DNA from: Terriglobales bacterium
GTDB lineage: Bacteria > Acidobacteriota > Terriglobia > Terriglobales > Acidobacteriaceae
Reading direction: 5' to 3'
Length of the DNA stretch: 64,000 nt
Assembly (NCBI GenBank): GCA_015654835.1
Contig: JAATGG010000159.1
Span: 5,576-69,575 of the forward strand
A model generated the notes under the pieces. The model was given only the letters and a program-made list of their open reading frames with translations, was not told where the DNA came from and did no database searches. Both the position numbers and the translations under genes were made by a program. Below, one piece after another: positions 63,297 through 64,000 of the stretch (the stretch's first letter is position 1; each line of letters starts with the position of its first letter).

Positions 63297-64000
63297 CTAC
63301 CCCACCAGGACGGCCCCGCCGTTGACGTTGAGCACCTCGCCGGAGATAAAACCGGCCAGAGGCGTGCACAGAAATAGAACCGGCCCGGCGATCTCCCGGG
63401 CATGGCCGACGCGGCCCACGGGAATGCCGGCGGCCACCTTCGGCCCCAGTTCGGGATGATTCACGGTGCCCGCCGACATCTCGGTAGCCACCCAGCCCGG
63501 CGCAACGCAGTTTACGCGAATCCCCTTAGGCGCCAATTCGCTCGACAAACTTTTGGTAAGACTGATGAGCGCGCCTTTGGTCACGGCATAGTCGGCATGA
63601 TTGGCTTCGCCGCGCTGTCCGGCTGTGGAACTGATGAGCACGATATGGCCGCTCGGTTCGCCGGCCTTCGATTCCGGCTGCGTCTGCAGTTCCATCTGCT
63701 TGACGGCGCTTTGCACCAACCCGAAAACCGAATCGAGATTCACGCCGATGGTGCGCCTCCACTGCGTCTCGGCCATCTGCGTGATCGGCGCGTCGTCCGG
63801 AGGCCAGATGCCATGGTTGACCACCAGCACATCGAGGCGGCCGAAAACGCCCAACGCCGCACCGACCAAGGCACGGCCATCTGCCGGCGTGCTCAGGTCC
63901 TGCTCCAGGGCCACGCACCGCTCGGGACCACCGCACTCGGCAGCCAACGCCTCAGCCCGTTCGCGCGCCTGGCGATAACTGAAGGCCACTCGCGCACCCG
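63297..64000 (-). CDS. short-chain dehydrogenase/reductase (FabG-like), 5' end beyond window
   Basis: Motifs NHGIW, ISSTAGQRG, catalytic YAVTKGAL, and PGWVATEM. The N-terminal TGxxxGxG segment is missing, so the gene continues past 64000. Confidence 0.8.
   Translation of the reverse strand, partial: GARVAFSYRQARERAEALAAECGGPERCVALEQDLSTPADGRALVGAALGVFGRLDVLVVNHGIWPPDDAPITQMAETQWRRTIGVNLDSVFGLVQSAVKQMELQTQPESKAGEPSGHIVLISSTAGQRGEANHADYAVTKGALISLTKSLSSELAPKGIRVNCVAPGWVATEMSAGTVNHPELGPKVAAGIPVGRVGHAREIAGPVLFLCTPLAGFISGEVLNVNGGAVLVG

Overview
This is a 64-kb, visibly GC-rich chromosomal segment (my rough estimate is about 60% G+C) from a diderm bacterium. The gene content resembles Acidobacteriota: TAT-exported Gfo/Idh/MocA plus TIM-barrel pairs, GH30, a very long BamA, LpxI, and many proteins with low-complexity tails. 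That lineage assignment is inference only. The window covers the replication-initiator neighbourhood, where yidC-yidD-rnpA-rpmH (minus strand) diverge from dnaA (plus strand) at 28.9-33.8 kb. I call 59 protein genes (one truncated at the right edge), one tRNA-Arg(CCG), one EAL-domain pseudogene fragment, several intrinsic terminators and two near-consensus sigma70-type promoters. I recognised no rRNA, CRISPR array, transposase or integrase. Most genes are housekeeping: glgC, msrA, scpA/scpB, rluB, trpS, trpD, sucCD, ndk, bamA, skp x2, lepA, mltD-like, fabZ-lpxA-lpxI. I did not find a clear-cut novel multi-gene system. The best candidates for a second look are these. (1) A 3.6-kb block splits the normally contiguous scpA/scpB-rluB operon; it contains a Pit transporter, an unclassified nuclease-fold ORF and a Doc/AbrB toxin-antitoxin pair. 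(2) A four-helix-bundle gene of the 23S-rRNA-IVS-protein type is inserted between sucC and sucD, bounded by a perfect 13-bp inverted repeat and a three-frame CTAG stop barrier. (3) A 370-bp AT-rich spacer lies between the convergent skp and lepA genes, with DnaA-box-like motifs and a 57-codon Cys-containing ORF. (4) RluB, ScpB and an H1-like protein carry extreme acidic and basic low-complexity extensions. (5) Two gene pairs are tandem duplications: skp (including promoter and leader) and an AhpD/CMD-family gene. (6) A TAT-exported oxidoreductase plus TIM-barrel pair sits next to GH30. All functional calls come from reading motifs by eye; no database search was run.
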